NCBI GenBank assembly: GCA_938091905.1
Contig: CALKOM010000070.1
Span: 1-19,781 of the forward strand
Length of the DNA stretch: 19,781 nucleotides
Reading direction: 5' to 3'
Source: an uncultured Verrucomicrobiales bacterium
GTDB taxonomy: Bacteria; Verrucomicrobiota; Verrucomicrobiia; Verrucomicrobiales; DEV007
Shown here: in pieces, positions 8,509 to 19,090 of the stretch
Layout of the letters: every line of letters begins with the position of its first letter
Position numbering within the stretch: the first letter of the stretch is position 1
Made by a program: the position numbers and the translations under genes
Notes under the pieces: model-generated
What the model was told of the DNA's origin: nothing
Seen by the model: only the letters and a program-made list of their open reading frames with translations
Database searches by the model: none

Positions 8509-9366
8509 ATGAAGATCGCGATTACGGGAATCAACGGGCGCCTCGGAGGTGCCTTGGCGCGGTATTACCAAGCAATCGGCAACAAAGTCATCGGGCTCGA
8601 TCGTCTCGCCTGTGATCTTAGTAAAACCGATTCATTAGCCATTACGCTAGATCAGATAGAATTTGGCGCGTTGATCAATCCTGCAGCGATGACTAGCCTG
8701 GAAGTTTGTGAGAACGACCCAGAACTTTCCGATAGAGTCAACGCCATCGCACCAGGAATTCTGGCCACCGTTTGTGCCGAACGCCAAGTCCCCTTCATTC
8801 ACATCAGCACCGATTATGTCTTTGATGGAAAGGAACCGGGCACAAGATCTGAGAAAGATCCCGCAAAGCCGATCAGTGTCTATGGCAAAACTAAGCTCGT
8901 CGGCGAAGAAGCCGCGCTCTCAGCCTATCCACAGGCTTGGGTCGCTCGGGTCTCTTGGCTCTTTGGACCAGAGCGACCAGGATTTGTTGAGATGATCCGT
9001 GATCGTCTGGTCCAAGGCGAACCACTCGGCGCCATTGACGACAAGTTCTCTTGCCCTACCTACGTGGATGACGCTGCGGTCGCGCTCGATCATCTCTTAA
9101 GCCTAACGGATCCTGCTGGAGGTCTCGTGCATGTCTGCAATCCAGGCCCCACTTCATGGCATGGCATCGCCTGCGAGATCGTCGCTCGGAGCGAGCAACC
9201 TCAGACACCCGTCGCTCGCCAGAAGTTAGACGAGATGACAGGCTTTCAGGCACCGCGTCCAGTCCACACTGCCATGGATGTTTCCTACCTAGAAGCCCTC
9301 ACCGGTCACGCCATGCGCCCGTGGCAAGAAGCCTTAGCGGCCTATTTCTCCACAGAAACGGAATAA
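8509..9366 (+). CDS. rfbD: dTDP-4-dehydrorhamnose reductase
   Basis: MKIAITGINGRLG, INPAAMT, HISTDYVFDG, YGKTK (YxxxK), PTY, APRP and MRPWQEAL. Start placed at ATG 8509. Confidence 0.92.
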   Translation: MKIAITGINGRLGGALARYYQAIGNKVIGLDRLACDLSKTDSLAITLDQIEFGALINPAAMTSLEVCENDPELSDRVNAIAPGILATVCAERQVPFIHISTDYVFDGKEPGTRSEKDPAKPISVYGKTKLVGEEAALSAYPQAWVARVSWLFGPERPGFVEMIRDRLVQGEPLGAIDDKFSCPTYVDDAAVALDHLLSLTDPAGGLVHVCNPGPTSWHGIACEIVARSEQPQTPVARQKLDEMTGFQAPRPVHTAMDVSYLEALTGHAMRPWQEALAAYFSTETE

Positions 9367-9460
9367 TCTTCATCAAATCCCGTCCAACCACTGACCGACA
9401 TCACTTGCGTATCATCAACGACTCACGATAGTAGACCCTCATACCTGAATCCCTCTTACT

Positions 9461-10153
9461 ATGAAACTTCTCTCTACCGTCCTTACTAGTGCTGTCCTCC
9501 TTGTCTCCCTCCAAGCGGAGGTTCAAAAGAAGGGTGCGGAGATTGGCAAATGGACCCAAGACTACGATGCCGCGCTCAAAGTTGCCGCCGAGAAGAAAGT
9601 GCCCATCATGCTCAACTTCACCGGCTCCGATTGGTGCCACTGGTGCAAGATCATGGACGAGAAGGTCTTTGCCGAGGACGAATGGAAGACCTACGCAGCG
9701 GAGAACGCCGTCCTGGTGACGTTGGATTTCCCAAAAGACAAGTCCGGCGTTCCCGAAGGTTTCGCGGAGCGCAATGCCAAGCTGCAGGCTGAATTCGGTG
9801 TCCGTGGTTACCCGACGTTCATCGTCCTCGACAGCGATGGTAAGACCCCGCTCGGCCAGCTCGGAGCGAGCCAAGACGCCTCTCCAGCAGGATTCATCAA
9901 GCAATTCAAAGGTGCCACCCAGCTCAGCGCCGCCAATGTGGACGCGTTCTTGAAAGAGAACCCTGCCAAGGAGGCCGATCTGACAGCCGCCATCAAAGAA
10001 TCTAAGGATTCCAAGGAGGCCTTAAATGAATGGATCAGTACAGGTCCTCAGCAGACAGAAGAGAATAACAAGAAGTTCGCAGCCTTCCAAGAGCGCATTG
10101 CGAGTGCCGAAGAGACGCTGGTCAAGCTGATGGAGCCGAAGAAGTCAGAGTAG
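9461..10153 (+). CDS. Exported thioredoxin-family protein (thioredoxin_7/SoxW-like) with helical C-terminal extension
   Basis: Signal peptide, LNFTGSDWCHWC, LDFP and FGVRGYPT (cis-Pro loop). Confidence 0.9.
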   Translation: MKLLSTVLTSAVLLVSLQAEVQKKGAEIGKWTQDYDAALKVAAEKKVPIMLNFTGSDWCHWCKIMDEKVFAEDEWKTYAAENAVLVTLDFPKDKSGVPEGFAERNAKLQAEFGVRGYPTFIVLDSDGKTPLGQLGASQDASPAGFIKQFKGATQLSAANVDAFLKENPAKEADLTAAIKESKDSKEALNEWISTGPQQTEENNKKFAAFQERIASAEETLVKLMEPKKSE

Positions 10154-10297
10154 ACTTTGCTCGGCACCACCGGAAATAGGCGATCAAGATAAGCAGTCCG
10201 ATCGCCCCTCCAATCAGCTCGATTCCGGCGAACCTCAGGAAACCTTGGATTGCTGAGAAATCTGTCACGATATTAGCCATCGACGACTCGATCCTGA

Positions 10298-10333
10298 TTG
10301 CCATTACAAGCGAGAGGCTCGATTGTAGTTGGG
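10298..10333 (+). promoter_or_regulatory. Putative promoter for the leaderless DUF1553/DUF1501 operon
   Basis: TTGCCA-N17-GATTGT-N7-ATG(10334). Confidence 0.45.
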
Positions 10334-12691
10334 ATGACTCGACCTTCCCGGCACTCCCTTCGGATGGCTCTCCTAGCCATCTCGATCCTGATATCGCACA
10401 CGGCCTTTGCCGCTGAACGATTAGATTTCTCTCGGGAAATCCTTCCGATCCTGTCAGACAAGTGCTTCGTCTGCCATGGCCCAGACGCCAAAGAGAAAGA
10501 GTTGCGACTCGACTCCTTTGAGGCGGCGACCGGTGACCGCGGTGGTTACCGCGCCATCGATCCCGACAAGCCAGAAGCGAGCGAGGTTCTCGTCCGGATC
10601 CATGACAAAGAAGATCCCATGCCTCCGGTGGATGCGGAAAAGCAGCTCACCGATGTCGAGCGGCTCATGCTGGAGAAATGGGTAAAGCAGGGAGGCAACT
10701 ACGCCAAGCACTGGGCCTTCATTCCACCAGTCAAAGCGACGAGTCAGAAATCCGTGGATGGCTATGTCAGCGCAGCACTGGAGAAGAAGAACAGCAACCT
10801 CGCCCCAGAAGCCGACCGCGCCACCCTGGCGCGTCGGGCGGGCTTCATCCTAACAGGACTTCCACCTGAGCCCGAGCAACTCGAGCATTTCCTCGCTGAC
10901 AAAAGCAACGGCGCCTACGAAAAGTTCGTCGATGCGATGTTAGATAGCCCGCGCTATGGAGAGCACCAAGCACGCTATTGGTTAGACGCCGTGCGCTACG
11001 GCGACACCCATGGCCTCCACTTGGACAACAGGCGCGGGATCTACCCCTACCGAGATTGGGTGATACAGGCGCTCAATGACAACCTGCCACTGGACGACTT
11101 TATCACGTGGCAACTTGCCGGTGATCTCCTCCCCAATCCCACCTTAGCTCAGCAAGTTGCCACGGGCTTTGTAAGAATGAATCCCACAACCTCCGAAGGT
11201 GGCGCACTCCCACAGGAGTTCCAAGCCAAGAACAACTTTGATCGTACGGAAACATTAGGCACGGTCTTCCTCGGCCTGACCATGAGTTGTGCTCGCTGTC
11301 ATACCCACAAGTACGACCCGATCGTGCACAACGAATACTACAGCCTCCTCGCCTTCTTCAACAGTACCGCAGAGAAGCCGCTTGACGGAAACAAGTATGA
11401 CTACGGCCCCGCTCTGAAAGCTCCCAAAGACCACACTGCCTGGAATGCCTGGGAAGCGGCCCATCAGGAAGCACTTGAACTGCTAAAGCCTTTGGGCGAC
11501 GAGGCCAAGCCATGGCGTGAACGTCTCATCAATCTATCAAAGCAAGAGTCTCAGCCCAAAGCGAATGAACTCGCCACACGGCTAACCGATTTGGAAGCTG
11601 ATTTCACGACGACTCTAGTTGCTCGCGAACTCGAAAAGCCTCGCCCCACCAAGCTTCTCTTGCGCGGCGAGTACAATCAACCGACTGGCGACGCCCTCGA
11701 ACCCAACGTGCCTGCCGTGATGGGAGCGCTGCCTCCTGAGGCCCCAAAGAATCGTCTTGGCTTAGCTCAGTGGCTTACCTCCCGCGACCACCCTCTCGTC
11801 TCACGGGTGCTAATTAACCGCGTGTGGCAACGCGTCTTTGGCGACGGCCTCGTCCGCACTCCAGAAGACTTCGGCGTCCAAGGCGAACAGCCCACCCACC
11901 CCGAACTCCTCGATTGGCTCGCGGTGGAACTCCAAGAGAGTGGGTGGGACCTCAAACACATGCTCCGCCTCATGGTCACTAGCCAAACCTTCAAGCAAGA
12001 GTCCGCCTGGCGAAAGGACATCGAGGATCCCGAGAATCGTCTCTTCTCAAGAGGCCCAAGTTTCCGCTTGGACGCCGAAGTACTCCGCGACCTCGCACTT
12101 TGGGCGAGTGAACTGTTAGATCCACACATGGGAGGTGAGGGCGTCAAACCATATCAACCCTCCGGCCTCTGGTCAGCCCTTGCTCATCCTGCCAGTAACA
12201 CCAAGAAATATGAGCGCGACCAGACCGAGCTTCTTTATCGTCGCAGCCTCTACGTCTACTGGAAGCGGACGAGCCCACATCCCATGATGACCTTGTTCGA
12301 TGCGCCCAACCGCGAATCAAGTTGCGTGCGACGCTCTCGCTCTAGCACCTCCCTACAATCGCTCGCCCTCTTCAATGAAACCCAACGGCTTGAAATGGGT
12401 CGTAAGCTGGCCGAGCGCCTTCTCCGTGAAGGTTCGAATGACACCGAGCGCTTAGATCTTCTCTTTACATTACTAGCTTCTCGCAATCCGACAGCAACAG
12501 AACGCAACGCCTGCGACTCCCTCATCAATGCCATGCGGGAGCGATTCCAGTCCGATGCAGAAAGCGCTCAAGCTCTCGTCTCCGTGGGAGAGGCGCCACG
12601 CAACGAAGCTCTCGATCTCACAGATCTCGCCACTTGGACCCAAGTCGCCACCACCGTACTGGCGAGCGACGTCGCACTTCTTCTTTACTAA
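10334..12691 (+). CDS. Planctomycete cytochrome c (PSCyt1) + DUF1549 + DUF1553 (PSD1) protein
   Basis: Signal peptide, [73 protein letters not shown] and RRSLY. Confidence 0.93.
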   Translation: MTRPSRHSLRMALLAISILISHTAFAAERLDFSREILPILSDKCFVCHGPDAKEKELRLDSFEAATGDRGGYRAIDPDKPEASEVLVRIHDKEDPMPPVDAEKQLTDVERLMLEKWVKQGGNYAKHWAFIPPVKATSQKSVDGYVSAALEKKNSNLAPEADRATLARRAGFILTGLPPEPEQLEHFLADKSNGAYEKFVDAMLDSPRYGEHQARYWLDAVRYGDTHGLHLDNRRGIYPYRDWVIQALNDNLPLDDFITWQLAGDLLPNPTLAQQVATGFVRMNPTTSEGGALPQEFQAKNNFDRTETLGTVFLGLTMSCARCHTHKYDPIVHNEYYSLLAFFNSTAEKPLDGNKYDYGPALKAPKDHTAWNAWEAAHQEALELLKPLGDEAKPWRERLINLSKQESQPKANELATRLTDLEADFTTTLVARELEKPRPTKLLLRGEYNQPTGDALEPNVPAVMGALPPEAPKNRLGLAQWLTSRDHPLVSRVLINRVWQRVFGDGLVRTPEDFGVQGEQPTHPELLDWLAVELQESGWDLKHMLRLMVTSQTFKQESAWRKDIEDPENRLFSRGPSFRLDAEVLRDLALWASELLDPHMGGEGVKPYQPSGLWSALAHPASNTKKYERDQTELLYRRSLYVYWKRTSPHPMMTLFDAPNRESSCVRRSRSSTSLQSLALFNETQRLEMGRKLAERLLREGSNDTERLDLLFTLLASRNPTATERNACDSLINAMRERFQSDAESAQALVSVGEAPRNEALDLTDLATWTQVATTVLASDVALLLY

Positions 12692-12708
12692 CAAACGGAC
12701 TGACTTCC

Positions 12709-14211
12709 ATGAATCTCCACGATCCGCACTTCGAGAACCGCCTCATGATGACGCGACGCCAACTCTTTGGCCGCTCAGCCTTGGGTGTAGGCACCGCCGC
12801 CATGGCGAACCTCCTCGGCAACGACCTATTGGCTTCCTCAGGCCCCGCCGGCCCAGGCACCCATCATCCCGCTAAGGCCAAGCGTGTCATCTACCTCTTC
12901 ATGAGCGGCGGTCCCAGCCATCACGATCTGTGGGACTACAAACCCAAGATGCAAGAAATGTTCGGACAAGACTTGCCCGAGTACGTGCGCGATGGCCAAC
13001 GCATCACTGGCATGACCGCAGGACAGAAGACATTGCCCGTTTGCCCTACCAAATACAAGTTTACCAAACAGGAGAACAACGATCGTGGTGTTTACGTAAG
13101 TGAGCTTCTTCCCCATACGGCGACCGTAGCGAAGGATCTCTGCGTCGTGCACAGCACCTTCACCGAGGCGATCAATCATGATCCTGCCATTACTTACATT
13201 CAGACAGGGAGCCAGATTCCGGGACGTCCTAGCCTTGGGGCATGGCTAAGCTATGGCCTCGGCAGCACCAACGACAACCTTCCCGGCTATGTCGTCATGC
13301 ATGCGCAGAGCAGCTTTGCGGAACAGAGCCTCTTTGGGCGTCTCTGGGGCAGCGGGTTCCTCCCTTCCGATCACCAAGGCGTCCTCATGCGTAGTCAAGG
13401 CGATGCCGTGCTCTATCTCAACAACCCCAAAGGCGTCACCAGAAAGGACCGCCGCGCGCAGTTGGACACCCTGGTTGCCCTCAACCAGGAACAGCACAAG
13501 CGCTTCGCCGATCCTGACATTCTCGCACGCATCAAGCAGCATGAGATGGCCTACCGGATGCAAACGTCGGTTCCTGAATTGATGGACCTCTCCGGGGAAA
13601 GCGACAGCACCTTCGAGCTCTATGGCGAGGAAGCTCGCAACCCAGGCACGTTCGCCGCCTCTTGTTTGAATGCACGTCGCCTCGCCGAACGCGGCGTCCG
13701 CAACATCCAGATCTTTCACCGAGGCTGGGACGCTCACGGCGCTCTGCCGAAGGAACACGAATCCCAATGCAAGGACGTCGACCAAGGCTGCGCGGCCTTG
13801 ATCAAAGATCTCAAGCAACGCGGCATGCTCGATGAAACGCTGGTCGTGTGGGGCGGAGAATTTGGCCGCACAGCCTACTGCCAAGGAGGCCTCACACGCG
13901 CCAACTACGGCCGCGATCACCACCCACGTTGTTTCACCGTATGGATGGCGGGCGGCGGGGTGAAGCCAGGCATCACCTATGGACAAACAGATGACTTCGG
14001 CTACAACATCGCCGATGCCGATGGCAATCCTCTACGGCCTCAGCCGAACAAAGATCGCTGGACACCCGGCACCATGCACATTCACGACCTCAACGCCACC
14101 ATCCTCCACTTGTTAGGCATCGATCACCGCAAACTGACCTACCGCTACCAAGGTCGCGATTTCCGACTAACCGATGTGCACGGTCATGTCATGTATGACT
14201 TGCTAGTCTAG
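12709..14211 (+). CDS. DUF1501 domain-containing protein (sulfatase-like, Tat-exported)
   Basis: Tat-like [58 protein letters not shown] and GRDFRLTDV. It starts 17 nt after the PSD1 gene. Confidence 0.93.
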   Translation: MNLHDPHFENRLMMTRRQLFGRSALGVGTAAMANLLGNDLLASSGPAGPGTHHPAKAKRVIYLFMSGGPSHHDLWDYKPKMQEMFGQDLPEYVRDGQRITGMTAGQKTLPVCPTKYKFTKQENNDRGVYVSELLPHTATVAKDLCVVHSTFTEAINHDPAITYIQTGSQIPGRPSLGAWLSYGLGSTNDNLPGYVVMHAQSSFAEQSLFGRLWGSGFLPSDHQGVLMRSQGDAVLYLNNPKGVTRKDRRAQLDTLVALNQEQHKRFADPDILARIKQHEMAYRMQTSVPELMDLSGESDSTFELYGEEARNPGTFAASCLNARRLAERGVRNIQIFHRGWDAHGALPKEHESQCKDVDQGCAALIKDLKQRGMLDETLVVWGGEFGRTAYCQGGLTRANYGRDHHPRCFTVWMAGGGVKPGITYGQTDDFGYNIADADGNPLRPQPNKDRWTPGTMHIHDLNATILHLLGIDHRKLTYRYQGRDFRLTDVHGHVMYDLLV

Positions 14212-14305
14212 TATCGGCTACTGCGCCTTAGAGCAAGAAACCCCAGCGGCAACAGCAGTACGGCATTCACGCGAACCCCTGCTTTATTTTTAGACGGGCA
14301 CAGTC

Positions 14306-15745
14306 TTACAGAGAAGACTTCTTCGCTTTAAGGAACCGATTCGTTGGAAAATTCTCGAGCGAATACTCTCCACCCAACTCATCCCGGCGCTGTTGACACC
14401 GCGCACGCATCACCGTGAGTGTTTCTTCGTAATTTGGATCACTCACCAGGTTTTTGCGCTGATCAGGGTCATCTTGGAGATCGTGGAGAAACTCGAATGG
14501 CGGTTCCTGCTGAAAGTAGTTGGCATAAATATACCGACCTCCGCGAATGCCCTCCCACTTGGGAATATCAAACCGGTCAAAGAGATGTTCGTGGAACGTA
14601 TCACTTCTCCAACTGTCAGGTTTCTGACCGCGTGCTAGCTGATCCAGTCGACGCCCAGCATAGTGCGCGGGCAGAGGAGTGCTCGCGTAACCAAGGATCG
14701 TCGCCGGAATATCCAAATTCAACACGGGATCATTAACCGTCGCCGATTGGCGGGGATGGCGGGGATCATAAATCACCAAGGGCACGCGGAGGGATTCCTC
14801 GTAGTGAGACCATTTCCCAGCAAATCCACGATCGCCCTGATAATAACCATTGTCGCCACTGAAGATAACGATCGTATTCTCAGACAGGCCTAATTGACCC
14901 AATTGATCCAACACACGCCCAATGACGTTATCGATTCCACTAATCATCCGGTAATAAGCCTTGATGTTCTTCTGATACTTTTCGGGCGTGTCCCAACGCC
15001 AGTACCAGCGATCACGATGCATTGACTCTCGAAGAAACTGTGGCTGTCCTGAGAAGATACGTGGATCCGATAACCTGGGAGCTGGCACGGTGACATCGTT
15101 GTAGAGCCCATTCATAGCTTTAGGCCAAGGGTAATGCGCTTCTTTATCAGAATCCTCGGCATGCGGCGCATTGAAACTAACCGAAAGACAGAACGGTTCC
15201 GTCTTGTCCTGCAACTTCAGAAAGTTGACCGCATGGTCGCCGGCTATCTCAGAAAGGTGACGAACGGAGCCATCGGGCTGTTTCTTGAAATACGGGTTCC
15301 GGTTGAGAGGCTTGAACTCATCAAACATCACGCCTTGCTCTCCCTTCAACACGCTCACTCCAAACTTCCCGACAAAGCCCGTACGATAGCCCGCGCGCTT
15401 CAGCACGGCAGGGTAACTCGCTTCAGAATGCCTCTCTGCAATCGGCGGCGTACCAAAGGTGTAGCGATGAGTACGCTCATGGAGGCCGGTAAGGATCGAG
15501 GCACGGCTCGCTGCACAGATCGCCGTCGTCACACAGGCATTCGTAAAGCGTGTGCCTTTGGTCGCCAGCTTGTCGATGTTAGGAGTCTGAAGAATCTCGT
15601 GCCCGGCACAGCCGAGAGCAGTGTGGCGCTGATCATCTGAGAGAAAGAAGAGAATATTCGGTCTGGCCGCAGCTTCTTGGGCCCTAGCAAAAGCGTTGCC
15701 GACAAGCAGAAGGAGAATCAAGGCACGAGTTAAATGCATGTACAA
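14306..15745 (-). CDS. Exported formylglycine-dependent (S1) sulfatase
   Basis: Signal peptide, RPNILFFLSDDQ, TPNIDKLA, CxxxR motif CAASRASILTG, GYRTGFVGK, APH, GDNG and YEESLRVPL. The start may be 15739. Confidence 0.93.
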   Translation of the reverse strand: MYMHLTRALILLLLVGNAFARAQEAAARPNILFFLSDDQRHTALGCAGHEILQTPNIDKLATKGTRFTNACVTTAICAASRASILTGLHERTHRYTFGTPPIAERHSEASYPAVLKRAGYRTGFVGKFGVSVLKGEQGVMFDEFKPLNRNPYFKKQPDGSVRHLSEIAGDHAVNFLKLQDKTEPFCLSVSFNAPHAEDSDKEAHYPWPKAMNGLYNDVTVPAPRLSDPRIFSGQPQFLRESMHRDRWYWRWDTPEKYQKNIKAYYRMISGIDNVIGRVLDQLGQLGLSENTIVIFSGDNGYYQGDRGFAGKWSHYEESLRVPLVIYDPRHPRQSATVNDPVLNLDIPATILGYASTPLPAHYAGRRLDQLARGQKPDSWRSDTFHEHLFDRFDIPKWEGIRGGRYIYANYFQQEPPFEFLHDLQDDPDQRKNLVSDPNYEETLTVMRARCQQRRDELGGEYSLENFPTNRFLKAKKSSL

Positions 15746-15779
15746 CTATGCACCCCAGAAAGCCCAAAGCGCAAGACCT

Positions 15780-17894
15780 CTAAGACACTTGAATCGCCTC
15801 ATCGGGCGGCAAGTGCATCTCCAAGACATCGGCCGCCATGCGTTGCGCTTCTTCAGTTCGCTTAGCCGCCTGTTTGGCAAAGTGAGCCTGCAATCGGAAA
15901 ACCGACTTTTGCCCACTGATGGCCGGACCATAATTGCCGTCCCCACCGAGAAACCAAGCCTGCACGTTGTCTTTGAACTGTTTGCGCAGGATTTCCAGCA
16001 ACGCCTTGCGGCTCTGGGAGTCTTCCACTGGCACCATCAATTCGACTCGCTTATCGAGATTGCGGCACATCCAGTCCGCACTCGAAAGGAATACCTGCTG
16101 CTCTCCTCCATGATGGAACGAGAAGATACGAGCATGCTCCAGATAGCGATCAATCAAGCTGTGCACTACGATGGTCTCACTCAGCCCAGGTACTTGAGGT
16201 CGCAGGCAACAGATTCCACGCACCATGAGCTGAATCTTCACGCCCGCTTGAGATGCCTCGTAGAGAGCATCGATAATCTCTTTGTCCTGCAAGCTGTTCA
16301 CTTTCGCCATGATCTCGGCCGTCTCGCCTTGCTTGGCTTGATCACGTTCGAATGCGATCAATTCTAACAACGTCTTCTTGAGACGCGTCGGCGCTGGCAA
16401 CAATTTGCGAAGACCGGACCATTGCGAACGCCCCGTAATTCCATTGAAGAACGCCGAAGCATCCCGCCCATAGTCTGAACGTGCGGTGAGATAACTCACG
16501 TCCGTGTAAAGCCTCGCTGTCGATTCGTTGTAGTTTCCAGTGCCGAAATGCACATAGCGGCGAATACGCCCTGCTTCTCTTCGCATGATGAGGCATGCCT
16601 TCGCATGACACTTCAGACCTTTGATTCCATAAACCACCTGCGCTCCAGCAAGTTCAAGCTCTTCGGCACGCTCAAGGTTTCTCGCTTCATCAAAACGCGC
16701 TTTAAGTTCGACCAGTACCACCACATTCTTTCCTTTCTCCGACGCCCGAATCAATGCCGCGATGATTCGACTATTGCTAGAAGTTCGGTAGAGCACTTGC
16801 TTGATCGCAATCACGTCCGGGTCATCGGCTGCCTCTTCGACCAAGCGCACGACAGGCTCGAAGCTATCGTAAGGGTGGTGTAGTAGTAAGTCCTGATCAT
16901 CGAGCACCTCAAAAATCGAGTGCTCTTTCAAGGGCACAAACGGCTGAGGCTTCCACGTAGCCTCGCGGAGATGATCAAAGTCTTCGAGAGACGCAATCGC
17001 CATGAGGCTAGAAAGGTCGAGTAGGCTGGGAACGCGATACACATCACGCCGCTTGCTACCGGTAAGCACTAGCATCGTCTCGAGCATACGCTTTGAGGTC
17101 CGCGTCGGCACTTCCAGCCGGACAGCATTGCTAAACTTCCGCGCCGTCAACACACTCTCCATGGCCTCGGCAAGATCTTCTGCATAGTCCTCCTGCACCG
17201 GAATATCGCCGTTTCTCGTCAAACGGAAGCAGCCTGTCGCATAGATCTCCTCTTGCGGAAACATCTCATCCGCAAACGCCTGAATCAGGTCTTCCAAGAG
17301 AACGAATTCATAGCCTTCCGTGTCCGGCACACGAAGAAACCGAGGAAACCCACTGGGAATAGTGATAACGACAGAGCGCCGATCAGCATGATCTGGTTTT
17401 CCAACAGGCCCTACGTCTAGCAAAACACACAGACGCCCCCCAGAAATCCGAAACCGTTGTTCGTCTAGATCCATGGCAACCGGATTGAGCAGTTCCTCAA
17501 TCTCTTCCGAGAAGTGAAGTTTCAACTTCTCCCGGGCCTGCTCCGCGATCTGTTCAGGACGACGGTAACGGATTCCTCGACCAGTGAGCGCCGGCTCCAG
17601 CATCGTCCTCCAAATGCGATACTGATCTTCGTAGTGCGCTCTTACTTCCTGCCTAATCTGGCGCAACTGCTGCACCGGCGTCAGACCATTGAGATCTCGT
17701 GTCCGAGCACCTGTTTTAACCAATGTCTTCAGCCCCCCCACACGAACCATAAAGAACTCATCAAGGTTCGATGCGCTGATGGCCAAGAACTTGACCCGTT
17801 CCAAGAGTGGCAAAGACTCTCGCTCTGCCTCCCAAAGCACGCGCTGGTTGAATTTTAGCCAGCTAAGCTCTCGGTTGAAATAGGAAACGGACAC
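15780..17894 (-). CDS. ppk1: Polyphosphate kinase 1
   Basis: YFNRELSWLKFNQRV, NLDEFFMVRV, LLHHPYDSF, IKQVLYRT, ELKARFDE, KCHAK, HFGTGNYN, RYLEHARI and SSADWM.RNLDKRVE. Confidence 0.96.
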   Translation of the reverse strand: MSVSYFNRELSWLKFNQRVLWEAERESLPLLERVKFLAISASNLDEFFMVRVGGLKTLVKTGARTRDLNGLTPVQQLRQIRQEVRAHYEDQYRIWRTMLEPALTGRGIRYRRPEQIAEQAREKLKLHFSEEIEELLNPVAMDLDEQRFRISGGRLCVLLDVGPVGKPDHADRRSVVITIPSGFPRFLRVPDTEGYEFVLLEDLIQAFADEMFPQEEIYATGCFRLTRNGDIPVQEDYAEDLAEAMESVLTARKFSNAVRLEVPTRTSKRMLETMLVLTGSKRRDVYRVPSLLDLSSLMAIASLEDFDHLREATWKPQPFVPLKEHSIFEVLDDQDLLLHHPYDSFEPVVRLVEEAADDPDVIAIKQVLYRTSSNSRIIAALIRASEKGKNVVVLVELKARFDEARNLERAEELELAGAQVVYGIKGLKCHAKACLIMRREAGRIRRYVHFGTGNYNESTARLYTDVSYLTARSDYGRDASAFFNGITGRSQWSGLRKLLPAPTRLKKTLLELIAFERDQAKQGETAEIMAKVNSLQDKEIIDALYEASQAGVKIQLMVRGICCLRPQVPGLSETIVVHSLIDRYLEHARIFSFHHGGEQQVFLSSADWMCRNLDKRVELMVPVEDSQSRKALLEILRKQFKDNVQAWFLGGDGNYGPAISGQKSVFRLQAHFAKQAAKRTEEAQRMAADVLEMHLPPDEAIQVS

Positions 17895-17930
17895 GCAGCC
17901 AACCTGTCATCCAGGGTCCGTCAGCCGCAA
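17895..17930 (-). promoter_or_regulatory. Putative promoter for leaderless ppk1
   Basis: Minus strand TTGCGG-N18-CAGGTT-N6-GTG(17894), with an extended -10 TGn in front of the hexamer. Confidence 0.4.
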
Positions 17931-17974
17931 GGCGTTTCAGGTGACAAACTTCGCAGCGAATGCTCTACTATAGC

Positions 17975-19090
17975 ATGGCTACGTGGTCCTATTTCTTCGC
18001 CGTAAATTTCATCATCTACCTGACTGTAAGCCCCTTACAAGGACAGACGAAACCCACACCTGAGAAGCCTGTCCGCATTGGAGTGGTAGGTCTTGTCCAT
18101 GCACACGTCCACGGAATTCTCAGCCGCAAACGCGACCTTGGGGATCTCGAAATAGTCGGCATTGCCGAACCAAATGAAGCTCTGGCCACTCGCCTCCTTT
18201 CCCAGCACCGCCTGGACAAAAAATTGTGGCACAAGGACTTAGCAACGATGCTAGACCAGGCCAAGCCGGAAGCTGTTACGATCTTTACCAGCACCTTCGA
18301 TCATCTCGAAGTCGTCAAGGTCTGCGCAGCCCATGGCATTCACGTCATGATGGAGAAACCTCTCGCAGTGAGCATGGCCCACGCCACGGCCATGGCTAAA
18401 GCCGCCAAGGCGAACAAGGTTCAGCTGCTTGTAAACTACGAGACGACTTGGTATCGGAGCAATCACCACGCCTATGCTCTAGCACATGATGAGAAGGCAC
18501 TCGGAGATCTGCGCAAGATTGTCGTGCATGATGGCCATCAAGGCCCCATCGAGATTGGCTGCAACGAGGAATTCCTCGAATGGCTAACCGATCCCGTGCT
18601 CAATGGCGGTGGCGCTCTAACAGACTTTGGATGCTACGGAGCGAATCTCATCACTTGGTTGATGGACAATGAACGTCCACTCACCGTCACCGCAGTGACC
18701 CAACAGATTAAGCCCGATAAATATCCCAAAGTGGACGATGAAGCCACCATCCTACTCACGTATCCCAAGTGCCAGGGAATCATTCAGGCCTCTTGGAATT
18801 GGCCTTACAACCGCAAAGACATGGAAGTTTATGGTGCCGATGGCTATGCCAACACCATGGCGAACCATAGCATCAAACTCAAAGACACAAGCGCTCCAGC
18901 CAAAGCTGTGCGGTCACCGGCCAGGCCTAAGCCCTATGATGACCCCTTCGCCTACCTCGCAGCTAGAGTGCGCGGCACGGCAGAACCAGACGAACTCTCT
19001 TCGTTAAAAAACAACCTTATCGTCACCGAGATCCTCGACGCTGCACGCCACTCTGCAAACACTGGGCAAGTAGTGAGGCTAGCAGATTAA
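17975..19090 (+). CDS. Gfo/Idh/MocA family oxidoreductase
   Basis: RIGVVGLVHAH Rossmann start, HVMMEKPLA, VNYETTWY, GGGALTDFGCYG and IQASWNWP. The N-terminus is hydrophobic and signal-like. Start is 17975 or 17960. Confidence 0.92.
   Translation: MATWSYFFAVNFIIYLTVSPLQGQTKPTPEKPVRIGVVGLVHAHVHGILSRKRDLGDLEIVGIAEPNEALATRLLSQHRLDKKLWHKDLATMLDQAKPEAVTIFTSTFDHLEVVKVCAAHGIHVMMEKPLAVSMAHATAMAKAAKANKVQLLVNYETTWYRSNHHAYALAHDEKALGDLRKIVVHDGHQGPIEIGCNEEFLEWLTDPVLNGGGALTDFGCYGANLITWLMDNERPLTVTAVTQQIKPDKYPKVDDEATILLTYPKCQGIIQASWNWPYNRKDMEVYGADGYANTMANHSIKLKDTSAPAKAVRSPARPKPYDDPFAYLAARVRGTAEPDELSSLKNNLIVTEILDAARHSANTGQVVRLAD

Noticed and set aside
13246..13986. 246-aa antisense ORF inside DUF1501
   Set aside because: Shadow ORF of a well-conserved gene, with no recognisable motifs.
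14212..14305. Possible bidirectional terminator between DUF1501 and the sulfatase (TACTGC...GCAGTA)
   Set aside because: The arms are short and far apart, and no compact GC stem directly precedes a U-tract.
15696..16367. 223-aa plus-strand ORF antisense to ppk1
   Set aside because: Shadow ORF from codon bias; it lies almost entirely over ppk1 and the sulfatase start.
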